Source: a virus
Taxonomy: Duplodnaviria > Caudoviricetes
Length of the DNA: 57,180 nt
IMG/VR virus record: IMGVR_UViG_3300032282_004138
Coordinates: 1 to 57,180 of that record
Strand: one strand, 5' to 3'
Part shown: positions 47,401 through 55,932 of the stretch, one piece after another
Position numbering within the stretch: position 1 is the first letter of the stretch
How the letters are laid out: each line of letters opens with the position of its first letter
The notes under the pieces: generated by a model
Seen by the model: only the letters and a program-made list of their open reading frames with translations
The model's database searches: none
What the model was told of the DNA's origin: nothing
Program-made: the position numbers and the translations under genes

Positions 47401-49134
47401 TCTTTCGTTTGTAACTGTTGGGAGTGTAACACCTTGTTCAACAGGTGTACCATTATATGTTGTTAAGTTTTGTTCTTTATCTTCATATACAGGAACATCT
47501 CCACTAAAATTTCCTTGAGATCCAGTATCACGCCCAACAAAAGAATCCTGTTCAAATCTACCATAAAAACTACCGTATTGGTCACTTATAGGATCTGTAG
47601 CCGATAAATCTTCAGTCGGTCTTAAACTTTCTGCATTGTCAGGTTTTGATTTTGATAGTGCGTTTTTAACCGCCCTATTTATTGATTCTATAGCTGAAGA
47701 ATTTCTTTGTCCAGTATTTTGTGTATCTTCGTTGTAATATAAATAATTTTGTGTATTAGGGGCTTGTCCAGCACCTAATTTTTCTTTAGTTATTTTACCA
47801 AGACTTGTAGTTGGTGGGTTACTAGGTGATTCTAATTTTGGCCCGTACTTGTTTATGTAAAGTGCGTTATATAATAATGATTTTTGACCACTTCCTGTGT
47901 AATTTAAAATATCGTTTGTTACGTCAATAGCTAATCCCCAAGAAGAAGAGAAGGTAGGGTTTTCACTGTACTCACCAAAAGCACCGTCAGGTATAATACT
48001 TGTGGGTAAATTAAAACCAGCCAGGTCTGCAGCAAATTGTGCAGCTTTACCAAGTCCTGATTTAGGTACGGTAATACTATAATTTTGTTCAATTAAATTT
48101 CCACCACTTAATAAACTAAAAGGGCTAACATTTAATGCCCCAATTGTACTATCAGTAAAATTTAATTTAATCCTATTTAATAATTCTTGACCTCTTCTTT
48201 TTCTTCCTATTTCATCTAATTGTGAAATATTTTGACCGTCAGGTTTATAATTAATACCTGAACCTACAGTACTAAAAGGTATTGCACCAACACCTAAAGT
48301 TCTACTAAATAGTTGATCCCTAAAATCACCTTGAACACCTGTACTGTATTGAATTAGTCCCGTATTTGGGTTTACCACCTCATCTTGGTCATATGAATAG
48401 GCAAGCATTTGGTTAGGTCCCCATTTATTGTTTTGAGTTAGAAACAGTTTTTTCCTAATCTCATTAGCCGTTTCTATTGTATTACCAGGGTAAACCCATT
48501 CTTCAACATTACCCGCGAAACCTAATCTTAATGTTTGTGGGACACCGTATGAAGTATCATAGTCACCGGCCCATTGATTATAAACAGCAGCAAATTCTAC
48601 TGGGTACCAAGTTAATAAATCTGTTGCGGTAGGATTTCTATCTAAGTTGTCATATCTTGGTGTTGTAAAATTATTTATAGTTGATGATATTTGTGCCGCG
48701 TCTTCGGGACCTGGTAAATCTATATTAGCTGTTGTTGGGTTAAATAACGATGTAACATCTTGACCTAACCCTGCTTGTATAGGTGTTGTTTGTCCTAATA
48801 TATTTTGAACTTGTGGATCTAGGGTCGGTAGATTATTTGTTAAATTTACCTGTCTAGGGTTCGTTAAATTATTATAAACGGAAGGGTTTTGAGCAACGTC
48901 TTGTAAATTAGGAACGTCTACAACATTAGGTAAAGATTGACTTACGTCATACTCAGTGGCTCTATCTTGCCAAGGATTACCACCTAATACTCCACTAATA
49001 ACCGAATTAGCAACAGGTAAGTTATGAGTAAATAAAAAAGTACGAAAATTAGTATCCGTTATTGGACCTAAGTTAGTACTTTGAAAATAATCAATGTTGT
49101 AGTTATACGGGTTTATTGCTGGGTTTGAAGACAT
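44440..49134 (-). CDS. Tail tube initiator-like protein (gp48/gp54-type) with inserted OmpA-like domain
   Basis: FSESTSVNWDSTNFIGRGEPIYTYNHTERSGTL and PPICVLRIGDFY...IDSLNITY flank LQKLAEFL...IQILGYTS...NKKLGTDRA; lies between tape measure and gp53. Confidence 0.68.
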   Translation of the reverse strand: MSSNPAINPYNYNIDYFQSTNLGPITDTNFRTFLFTHNLPVANSVISGVLGGNPWQDRATEYDVSQSLPNVVDVPNLQDVAQNPSVYNNLTNPRQVNLTNNLPTLDPQVQNILGQTTPIQAGLGQDVTSLFNPTTANIDLPGPEDAAQISSTINNFTTPRYDNLDRNPTATDLLTWYPVEFAAVYNQWAGDYDTSYGVPQTLRLGFAGNVEEWVYPGNTIETANEIRKKLFLTQNNKWGPNQMLAYSYDQDEVVNPNTGLIQYSTGVQGDFRDQLFSRTLGVGAIPFSTVGSGINYKPDGQNISQLDEIGRKRRGQELLNRIKLNFTDSTIGALNVSPFSLLSGGNLIEQNYSITVPKSGLGKAAQFAADLAGFNLPTSIIPDGAFGEYSENPTFSSSWGLAIDVTNDILNYTGSGQKSLLYNALYINKYGPKLESPSNPPTTSLGKITKEKLGAGQAPNTQNYLYYNEDTQNTGQRNSSAIESINRAVKNALSKSKPDNAESLRPTEDLSATDPISDQYGSFYGRFEQDSFVGRDTGSQGNFSGDVPVYEDKEQNLTTYNGTPVEQGVTLPTVTNERFDWRATNENTFKRGLLKYTQDLVNKSKLRSAAGYIGYFDSEGNDTTGPLGLKNGVHQTGASSPTQKPSRPSKGNVARNYDFTNNSGGDSYCRSWTSRRKYHTWDNLVRSDGNWWRNQIKTDTLTMNYDGNHGGDFTGMPKIAWNSLDTARGIIKESNKLKGQVIPYMFSIENLAWKDAPQFIYLPKCEIGPNYGRIMWFPPYDINFSESTSVNWDSTNFIGRGEPIYTYNHTERSGTLDWTIVVDHSAALDQLRKKFQGNVLGDEGYNSYFAGCDNGTLKNLFADYLPENDDLSKELPDPIIPTITPCTPGAPPSNNIRLYFDNCRRSTDTIGRELDLEKYEVTVPSLVNVNQNEWNTDATTYPCGPAGTNGYGYLNKDKKSDLQKLAEFLVSEDGKNYQIQILGYTSPNNPDSNFNKKLGTDRANNTKKYLLDLMTKIEEGKDAPNIQGNKDYPSYPKETEYPQDIRWKVEGKPFSIGDALESSGKDLGLTKDQFNSLVKNALIALGQPTEDINQIALTDPKVKAIIDKANSQITKCNNPCDDGNPCSALQDGQANSAVSKNLRFSLITLVPNLDIQTKLLLEVQTKEKELAKQKQIADRQNREKTAEILSKTFVTECEYFEDMKRTQPFVYQSFADKIKYFHPAFHAITPEGFNSRLTFLQQCTRQGPQIIDPSSPQNMVFGRPPICVLRIGDFYHTKIVIDSLNITYEPLVWDLNPEGIGVQPMLAKVSLGFKFIGGSSLGGPIKQLQNAVSYNFFANTSVYNPASVPLEETTGNRLKFIYGAFASPKEEERKMGEISGIKAASDAVNKDDKSTNTTTDPKKAEQNNDVQNQIQQTPPGGDSTTKATEGDSKPPTTSGTENPSDSILTISKNNSGVQLQVNDSKWTLLGVEVDVTDNTGTVSVLGNAYGGNFNQDNITNTMVHDAIIQTFDDCPGKGCTLFDSTVTGNAEPNVNCTYIISVCEKENFPNGQKKTYNTTNVVKI

Positions 49135-49149
49135 ATTAAAATCTTTTCT

Positions 49150-49159
49150 TATAAATATT
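49150..49159 (-). promoter_or_regulatory. Putative late promoter AATATTTATA
   Basis: 15 nt upstream of the 1564-aa gene. Confidence 0.55.
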
Positions 49160-49247
49160 TACTTGTTAGAATTTTCTAGCTAATATTAGCGCGGATCCTA
49201 TAAAGCTTAAATAGTATATAAGCTGCTTAAATAATAAAGCTTAGTAA

Positions 49248-52013
49248 TTATTTCTTACCACCCCTCTTATCAGATTCGGTAGCGTCAGCAATTAATTCTT
49301 TTAATTTTGAAACGAATATTGGGTCACTTACCCAATCAGTATTTGATTTACCTCCTGCTTGTCCTGTTAATTGAATAGAACCATCTATAGTTAAAGATTC
49401 ATCAAATTTAATTGTTGGTGAGGCTCCTATTAAAGCCATCCACATCGATAAATCTTTCAATGCTTCTAATTTATTTTCATCAACAGAGTTTATAGCATTA
49501 ATAGTTTTTGTAATACCTTCAGCCCCACCTGTTGATTGAAGAGCTGACGCTGTTTCTGTTAACATGGAAGTGACACCACCTAACATTAGTAAACCAGGTA
49601 AAGCAAGAAGTGACGCTGCACCTAAAGCGATTAATGAAATGGTTAAAATACCTATTCCTGCTGCCATAGCCAAAAACCCCAAACCAGCCTCTAACAATTG
49701 TCCACCTCCTATGACACTAAATAAATTAGTGAAGGAACCTACCAAAGTGGATAAACCTAAAGAAGCTATGTATATAGCCCCACCTATCATTAACATTGCC
49801 GCACCGAGAGCCAAAACTAAAGCCACACCTGCCCAACCAACTCCTGTAAGTGATAAAGCCGAGAAGGCAATCAATACACCAATAAGACCTAAAAACCCGA
49901 CAATTAAATTAGCTAACGGTACTTGACCCATTAAAAATAACCCCGCACCTAATAATACTACGGCACCACCTAAAGCTACCATAGCAGCTATTCCCGGCCA
50001 AACCGAAGTACCAAAAGAACTTAATGTAGGTTGTAAAAATTTTAAAGCCAATCCAAAACCTATCATTGCTATACCACCCTTTACCAATGAAGACCATTCT
50101 ACTTGATTAAAATTTATTAAAGCCTCCGATAAAATCCAAAGAGCTCCAGCCATAGCTAAAATTTGAGCGGCTGAACCTAATGATTTCATCATACTACCCA
50201 TCCCTGAAGCTTTTGCTGCCTGACCTTGCATTGCTGTTTGTGCTCCTGTCATACCCCCAGTTCCTCCTCCACCAATACCGGCACCTGATGTTGCTTTAAA
50301 AGCCGCACCCGCCGTACGACCAAATATTACTCCCGCAGCTATCTGACTTGCAACCCAATAACCAACAAAAGCCGTTGCAGCAATACCTAAAGCTAATTTC
50401 CAATGTTCCCCAATCCATTTTAATTTTTCCCACAAACCAACAAAGAAATTTTTTATACCATCTATAAAACCTGAAATATCGAAATTAGTAAAAAAGTTTT
50501 TTAAGGATTCAGCCCAACCTGTTGTTTTTTCAGTTAATATATCAATTAAAGGTTGTAAATTTTCCTCTAAAGCGTGAAACAAGGGATATACAGCAACCAT
50601 CAATTGATTTAAAAAATTTTGAAGTCGTTCCATGATACCTGTCGCTTGTGACGCGGCGTCTTTTGCATTTTTTTTATCATTTAAAACTTTCTGCATCTCA
50701 TCTTTACCTAATGATGACAAATCTTTCATAATTGCTTTACCATCAGAACCAACACCAATTTGAATCTGTGCTTTACCATCAACCATTTGGGCCATCATCG
50801 CCACAGCATCTTGTTCCTCTGGTTTAAGTCCTTTTCCACCTAATAAACCTTTAAACATATTTATTTTAGCGGTTTGTTTTGCGGTACCTACTAAACTCTC
50901 CATTGATTGACCTGTAGCTTCTGCAGCCACACGTAATCTATCCATTTCCATAGCACTAACTTCAAACTCACCTGATTGTTTATTGAAAACAGCTGATTGT
51001 GATGCGGCTTGGGCAATATCTTCGGCAAATTTTTCTGGGTTATTACGAGCTTTATACATTAATTGAAATGGGTCACCTAATCCCGCTAAACTACCACCTA
51101 ATGTTTGTAATTGAGCTGCCATATCGATAGCACCTTCAGGTGAGAAAGCCTTTGCAGATGCTGACGCAACTTCATTCATGTCAATTTTATACTTCTCACT
51201 TAATTGGGTCATTTTTTGTAAACCCTTGATACCATTTTTGAAATTTAATTTATTTAATAACCCGATATTCTGTTCAAACTTTTTAATTACTTTACCGGCA
51301 TTTAAACCCATAGCGGCAGATTCAGAGTACATATCATATATCATTCCCGCTGACTGTTCAGCACCAAGTCCAAAAGCGTCCATTTGAGCTGTTAGACCAG
51401 CCATACCTTGCATACCAAGACCAGTAGCTTTACCAATCATAGACATATTTTTTAAAGCGGATTGGGTTAAAATAACAGAACGTCCTAGTTCTTCAGAATA
51501 TGCTTGTTGAGCCTCAAGTGCGTCAGTAACACTAACACCATATCTGGCCATTTGTACGGCAGATTGCTCAATGTTACTTTGTAACATATTCATGTTATTA
51601 GAACTTAAACCTATGTTTGCTGCAACATCTCTTGTTTTTTGACTGAATTCTAAGTAACCTGTTAAAGCTTGACCTAAATAACTTACAAGACCACTAAGAC
51701 CTGCTCGAACAACCCCACCAAGAGAAGCCATTTCTTTATTAATAGCTTTTATTTGGTCACGTTCTTTTTTTAATTCTTCTACTTGTTGACTTATGGCGGC
51801 AGCTCTTTCTTTGTCTGCAGTAAGCATCTCCTTCTCCAAATCTTTAATTTTGGAGGTAAGTTTTTTCATTTCTAAATAATTGGCAGCTATAGTCTTAGTA
51901 TATTGTCCAGCATTTTGTAAACTTTTACCAGCTTCTTTTTGTGCATCCCTAATTTGTTCTTGGAGTTTTAAATACTCCTTTTCTTCTTCTATGTTTCTAC
52001 CAAGATTTGCCAT
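49248..52013 (-). CDS. Tail tape measure protein
   Basis: 921 aa, A/G/M/L-rich and helical, coiled-coil N-terminus, hydrophobic C-terminal repeats; sits between chaperone and tube initiator. Confidence 0.85.
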   Translation of the reverse strand: MANLGRNIEEEKEYLKLQEQIRDAQKEAGKSLQNAGQYTKTIAANYLEMKKLTSKIKDLEKEMLTADKERAAAISQQVEELKKERDQIKAINKEMASLGGVVRAGLSGLVSYLGQALTGYLEFSQKTRDVAANIGLSSNNMNMLQSNIEQSAVQMARYGVSVTDALEAQQAYSEELGRSVILTQSALKNMSMIGKATGLGMQGMAGLTAQMDAFGLGAEQSAGMIYDMYSESAAMGLNAGKVIKKFEQNIGLLNKLNFKNGIKGLQKMTQLSEKYKIDMNEVASASAKAFSPEGAIDMAAQLQTLGGSLAGLGDPFQLMYKARNNPEKFAEDIAQAASQSAVFNKQSGEFEVSAMEMDRLRVAAEATGQSMESLVGTAKQTAKINMFKGLLGGKGLKPEEQDAVAMMAQMVDGKAQIQIGVGSDGKAIMKDLSSLGKDEMQKVLNDKKNAKDAASQATGIMERLQNFLNQLMVAVYPLFHALEENLQPLIDILTEKTTGWAESLKNFFTNFDISGFIDGIKNFFVGLWEKLKWIGEHWKLALGIAATAFVGYWVASQIAAGVIFGRTAGAAFKATSGAGIGGGGTGGMTGAQTAMQGQAAKASGMGSMMKSLGSAAQILAMAGALWILSEALINFNQVEWSSLVKGGIAMIGFGLALKFLQPTLSSFGTSVWPGIAAMVALGGAVVLLGAGLFLMGQVPLANLIVGFLGLIGVLIAFSALSLTGVGWAGVALVLALGAAMLMIGGAIYIASLGLSTLVGSFTNLFSVIGGGQLLEAGLGFLAMAAGIGILTISLIALGAASLLALPGLLMLGGVTSMLTETASALQSTGGAEGITKTINAINSVDENKLEALKDLSMWMALIGASPTIKFDESLTIDGSIQLTGQAGGKSNTDWVSDPIFVSKLKELIADATESDKRGGKK

Positions 52014-53734
52014 TAACTAATTTGTATTAAAGCTTTTGTAGATTTATCAAAAATATCCTCACCACCTGCTTTTGGACCTATTTCTATTTTTGTCGGTTTA
52101 TGTAGATTAGCACCTTGGGTAACTTTACAAACCAAAGCTTTACCACTAAACTCGATAACAAAAACAGTATTGTCGGTAATTTTTTTACTTTTTCTAATTT
52201 TTGAATCTCCTTTATAACCCTCACCCTTTAAAATATTTCTTAATGTTTTAAAAACAGTCTGTTGTTCAGCAGTTAAATTAGAGTCATCCAATTGTAAATT
52301 AACGTTAGCACTAATACCTTCATTTGGTAATGAGTTTACAAGACCGTCCCATTTCTGATTACCTTGACCACCTTTTACTTTGTTTGTGTAAGATTTTTCA
52401 TCTTCACCTCTTTTAGCGGCAGCTTTAGGACCCAACTCAATACTTTGTAAATAAATTTTACCTTCGTCTTGATTTTCTTCACCACCTTTTTTTTCTTGAC
52501 CTTCTTCACCATCCTCTTCTTTAATAAGAACAACACCGTTTGCTATAAGGTTAATGTATGATTCCATTGTATTTATGTTAGCTTTAGGCGTATTTTTAAC
52601 TTTAACTTCTTTTTGCTTTTCTTCAGGTTTTTTACCTCCTTTAGTCATCTCAGGTAATTTAGATAAGGCCTTTAGAAAATTAGCAAAACTACCTAACAAT
52701 TTTTTCCAAAGCTGTTTTCTTGTTTGTTTATCTGAAATATGTGATTTACCTTTTGTTGCGATTAAAAAAAGTTCTTTATAAAAATTTTTAATAACCTCAA
52801 AAGTTTTAGATTGTTTACCACTTTTAGCAACTTTAGCAAATAAAGAAAAAACCTCAACCATAAAATTTTGAAGGTTTAGTTTAATTTTTAAAAATTTTCT
52901 TTTCAAACCTGACATTGATTCAGGAGCTTCTAACAAACCATTACTTCTTAAATCTTTTAAAGTAACTAAAAGAGGTTTTTGATTAATTTTAATAGATTTA
53001 GTTGTATTAATTATAGCATCTAAAAATATTGTTTGAAACTCTTCGTCATCTTTATATTGTTTAATTACAGAAAAAAACTTGGCTTTATCTTTAATATCTG
53101 AAAGTTTTAAATTAACTTCCTTTAAATCTTTACCGTTATAATAATTAACTTCCTTTTCACTTTTTTCTTGATTTTCTTTCTCCTCACCTTCTTTCTCCTC
53201 ACCTTCACTCTCTTCATTTTCCCCACCTTCTTCTAGTCCTACTTTCTTTTTTATAACGCTTGCAATACCGTCAGGAAAACTAACAGTATAAAATTTACCT
53301 TTTCTACCGTCTTCAGAAACTAAAGCTCTAATAGGTTTTTTAGTACCAGGTAGTTTTGTTACTATTTCTTCTTCATTTGTAAAAACCATTTTAAAAACTT
53401 CTTCTTCCCATTTAACTTCTAAAGTCAAAGGTTCCACCTCTACTACTTTAGCTAAAGTATTAAATTGTATTGGTTTTGGTAAAGAAAGTTCTTCTTGTAC
53501 ATCAGGTACTTGTAATAAAAAATTAAATTTAAAAGGTTCGATACTTAACTGTTCTACTGTATTAACACCGGCTAATTCAGGAATTGCGTAAATACCCAAT
53601 TTTTGAAGTCTAGATTTCGCCTTTTCTAAATTAGCACCTGCAGAAGCTATTTTAGCAGCATCTTTATCACCAGAAACAGGTGCCTCTTTTAATAAAGTTT
53701 GGAATTTATTTTTATCTAATAAAATTGTAGACAT
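52013..53734 (-). CDS. Hypothetical K/E-rich protein (573 aa), possible internal virion protein
   Basis: Own late-type motif upstream; TAATG-coupled to the tape measure; LLKE/LLE/LIKE motifs next to acidic linkers. Confidence 0.6.
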   Translation of the reverse strand: MSTILLDKNKFQTLLKEAPVSGDKDAAKIASAGANLEKAKSRLQKLGIYAIPELAGVNTVEQLSIEPFKFNFLLQVPDVQEELSLPKPIQFNTLAKVVEVEPLTLEVKWEEEVFKMVFTNEEEIVTKLPGTKKPIRALVSEDGRKGKFYTVSFPDGIASVIKKKVGLEEGGENEESEGEEKEGEEKENQEKSEKEVNYYNGKDLKEVNLKLSDIKDKAKFFSVIKQYKDDEEFQTIFLDAIINTTKSIKINQKPLLVTLKDLRSNGLLEAPESMSGLKRKFLKIKLNLQNFMVEVFSLFAKVAKSGKQSKTFEVIKNFYKELFLIATKGKSHISDKQTRKQLWKKLLGSFANFLKALSKLPEMTKGGKKPEEKQKEVKVKNTPKANINTMESYINLIANGVVLIKEEDGEEGQEKKGGEENQDEGKIYLQSIELGPKAAAKRGEDEKSYTNKVKGGQGNQKWDGLVNSLPNEGISANVNLQLDDSNLTAEQQTVFKTLRNILKGEGYKGDSKIRKSKKITDNTVFVIEFSGKALVCKVTQGANLHKPTKIEIGPKAGGEDIFDKSTKALIQIS

Positions 53735-53750
53735 TACAAATTGTTTATTT

Positions 53751-53760
53751 TATAAATATC
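53751..53760 (-). promoter_or_regulatory. Putative late promoter GATATTTATA
   Basis: 16 nt upstream of the 573-aa gene, directly after a terminator. Confidence 0.65.
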
Positions 53761-53768
53761 AACCAAAT

Positions 53769-53794
53769 AAAAAATGGGGCTATTAACCCCATTT
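53769..53794 (-). terminator. Intrinsic terminator
   Basis: aaatgggg-ctattaa-ccccattt hairpin with U-tract on - strand, just after the gp51-like stop. Confidence 0.8.
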
Positions 53795-53797
53795 AAA

Positions 53798-53938
53798 TTA
53801 TTTTCTTTTTGATTTTGCTTTATCATATTCTTTCTTTTGTTCCTCTAATTCTTTTTGCCATAAATCAAGATAAATTCTTCTTTCCCACACAGGCATATTT
53901 TGAACTGATTCATAAGAAAATTTCATATGTTTTACCAT
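53798..53938 (-). CDS. gp51-like small hub/tail assembly protein (46 aa from ATG; frame open upstream through the T7 run at 53987-53993)
   Basis: Not in ORF track. MVKHMKFSYESVQNMPVWERRIYLDLWQKELEEQKKEYDKAKSKRK; SxxxxxNMPxWERxIY resembles T4-like gp51 and tail-chaperone 'T' segments. Confidence 0.7.
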   Translation of the reverse strand: MVKHMKFSYESVQNMPVWERRIYLDLWQKELEEQKKEYDKAKSKRK

Positions 53939-53966
53939 ATAATAAATTTCTCTTTTAAGACCTAAA

Positions 53967-54737
53967 TTATAATCTGACGTTAGGCCAAAAAAAGTTGAGT
54001 CCGAGGGTAATTGGAGCTTGAAAGTTGCCTGTCGGACCCTCCACGTCCGCAGTCATATCAATACCAGGTTCAATAGAATCTGAATATTCTCTGAATTTAA
54101 GAGAATCATAAGCAGGCATTACATTAATAAATTGTTGAATAAAATTAATATCACGATTACCGTCGATTTCTTTAATTTGTGCTTGTAATCTATAAGTTAA
54201 TGTGTTTGAAATTTGTGACTTTGTAGCTTTTTCATATTTTTCTGAACGAGAAACGATAGACTTTTCATCAGCAACAGTTAAAAGTTTAAATTTAACTTTT
54301 CTTTTACTTTTTGGTAATAAAAAAGAAAATTCACCTTTTTCATCTGGTTGAACATCTTCAGGTAACTCTTTTGTTTTTAAAGCCGATAAATCAATCTCAG
54401 TTTCAAATTCAACACCACTACTTGGGTCAGTTAATTTAACAGGATACATTTCACCGTAACCTGTAGCACGTAACCAAATCATAATGGCATTTCTATCACC
54501 TACTAATAATTGGTCAAAAGGTACTGGTGATTCTTTAACTTTTCTTTCTAATAATATATCAAGAACTTTCCCACTCTTAATCAAGTTTGGTGATGTAAGA
54601 ATGTTTTCGTCCATTGCTGTCATATATTCTACTTTTACGTTACCTTGTTGACCAGGGTATAAAAGACCTCTTGAAGGCAAAGGAATGACATCAAATGGGG
54701 CTTGAAATTGAACTTCTTGTGTTTGTTGTTTTGACAT
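53967..54737 (-). CDS. T4 gp26-like baseplate hub / tail assembly chaperone
   Basis: IPLPSRGLLY, VEYMTAMDENIL, LLVGDRNAIMIWLRATGYG, VKFKLLTVADE, ends NFFWP. Confidence 0.8.
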   Translation of the reverse strand: MSKQQTQEVQFQAPFDVIPLPSRGLLYPGQQGNVKVEYMTAMDENILTSPNLIKSGKVLDILLERKVKESPVPFDQLLVGDRNAIMIWLRATGYGEMYPVKLTDPSSGVEFETEIDLSALKTKELPEDVQPDEKGEFSFLLPKSKRKVKFKLLTVADEKSIVSRSEKYEKATKSQISNTLTYRLQAQIKEIDGNRDINFIQQFINVMPAYDSLKFREYSDSIEPGIDMTADVEGPTGNFQAPITLGLNFFWPNVRL

Positions 54738-54870
54738 TTTAAAAAACTTTTTTTAAATTTGTTATTCTAATTAACCTTAAAACTTATTCTGTAATAGTAA
54801 AGATTATACAAATAAATAGATTTATTTTAATTTTTCCTTATAATAATTTTATTATCTAAGGAAAAACACC

Positions 54871-54878
54871 TATATTTG
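54871..54878 (+). promoter_or_regulatory. Bacteroidota -7 promoter element TATATTTG
   Basis: TAnnTTTG 19 nt before the peptidase ATG; -33 element imperfect. Confidence 0.55.
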
Positions 54879-54897
54879 TATATTAATAATATAAATT

Positions 54898-55899
54898 ATG
54901 AAAATGACACAAGATAAATTAACTCGATTAACTGAAGTTCTTTCGGTACCGACACACTCTCGTAATGAAAAACTTATGATTGAGTATTTACAAAAAGTTC
55001 TAACCGAAAAAGGTTTTGAACATTATACCGATTCACATGGTAACATTTATGTTACAAAAGGTGATAGTAAAAATTTTCCTTGTTTTATCGCACACACCGA
55101 TACCGTTCACGAAGTTAACATGAATATGGTTGTTGTACAAACAGAAAGTACCGAAGACGGTGTTATTCTTACAGGAATGGACAAAGTTACAAAAAAGGCG
55201 TCGGGTATCGGTGGCGATGACAAATGTGGTGTTTTCTTAGCCCTTGAAATGTTGGATACATTACCAAATGTTAAAGCAGCTTTCTTTGTGTCTGAAGAAA
55301 TAGGTTGTAAAGGTAGTATGTACGCTGACCCTAAATTCTTTGAAAATATCGGTTACGTTATTCAATACGATTCTCCAGGTGGAGCATCAATGAGTTTAAC
55401 TTTGATGGGTCGTTATTTGTTCAACCAAAAATCACAATTTGCTGATAAAGTAACAGGTTTGATTAAAGAACACGGTATCACTGATTGGGCATATCACCCA
55501 TATACCGATGTTTGGCAAATCATGGAAAAATTCAATATCGCTTGTTTGAACTTAGCGGCAGGTTACTACCGTTACCACACTGATAACGAATATGTTATTG
55601 TAGATGATGTTCAAAACGGATTTGAACTTGGATTGAAACTTGTTGAAGAATTGGGCGAAAACAAATACGAAAACCCAAAAGAAAATAAAAATTACGGTAA
55701 CGTAAGTACTTATTGGAAAGGTGGTTCTTCTTATACTCCAGCACAAAAACCGACTAAAACACTTTTAGTTGAAGATGAAGAAGACGAAGATGATTTTTTT
55801 AATAGTGGTGAGTATGTTTGTACTGACCGTAAAAGAGAAAAGGATTATGGATACTACAGTAGGAGTTGGAATGAGTGGGATGAGGATTATGATTGGTAA
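54898..55899 (+). CDS. Zinc metallopeptidase, M20/M28 clan
   Basis: AHTDTVH, GGDDKCG, SEEIG, QYD and YHT metal-ligand pattern; acidic/aromatic C-terminal tail. Confidence 0.85.
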   Translation: MKMTQDKLTRLTEVLSVPTHSRNEKLMIEYLQKVLTEKGFEHYTDSHGNIYVTKGDSKNFPCFIAHTDTVHEVNMNMVVVQTESTEDGVILTGMDKVTKKASGIGGDDKCGVFLALEMLDTLPNVKAAFFVSEEIGCKGSMYADPKFFENIGYVIQYDSPGGASMSLTLMGRYLFNQKSQFADKVTGLIKEHGITDWAYHPYTDVWQIMEKFNIACLNLAAGYYRYHTDNEYVIVDDVQNGFELGLKLVEELGENKYENPKENKNYGNVSTYWKGGSSYTPAQKPTKTLLVEDEEDEDDFFNSGEYVCTDRKREKDYGYYSRSWNEWDEDYDW

Positions 55900-55904
55900 A
55901 AAAT

Positions 55905-55931
55905 AAAGGGGGACTTAACGGTCCCTTTTTT
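55905..55931. terminator. Terminator between convergent genes
   Basis: aaagggggac-ttaacg-gtcccttttt hairpin with T-tract. Confidence 0.8.
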
Positions 55932-55932
55932 G

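Noticed and set aside
2029-54737. Bacterial extracellular contractile injection system or tailocin
   Set aside because: Tail genes are interleaved with phage-type primase, helicase, gp32-like SSB, recombinase and RNR, which indicates a replicating phage.
54738-54897. ncRNA or tRNA in the largest divergent intergenic region
   Set aside because: Almost pure A/T with no stable stem; adequately explained by divergent promoters.
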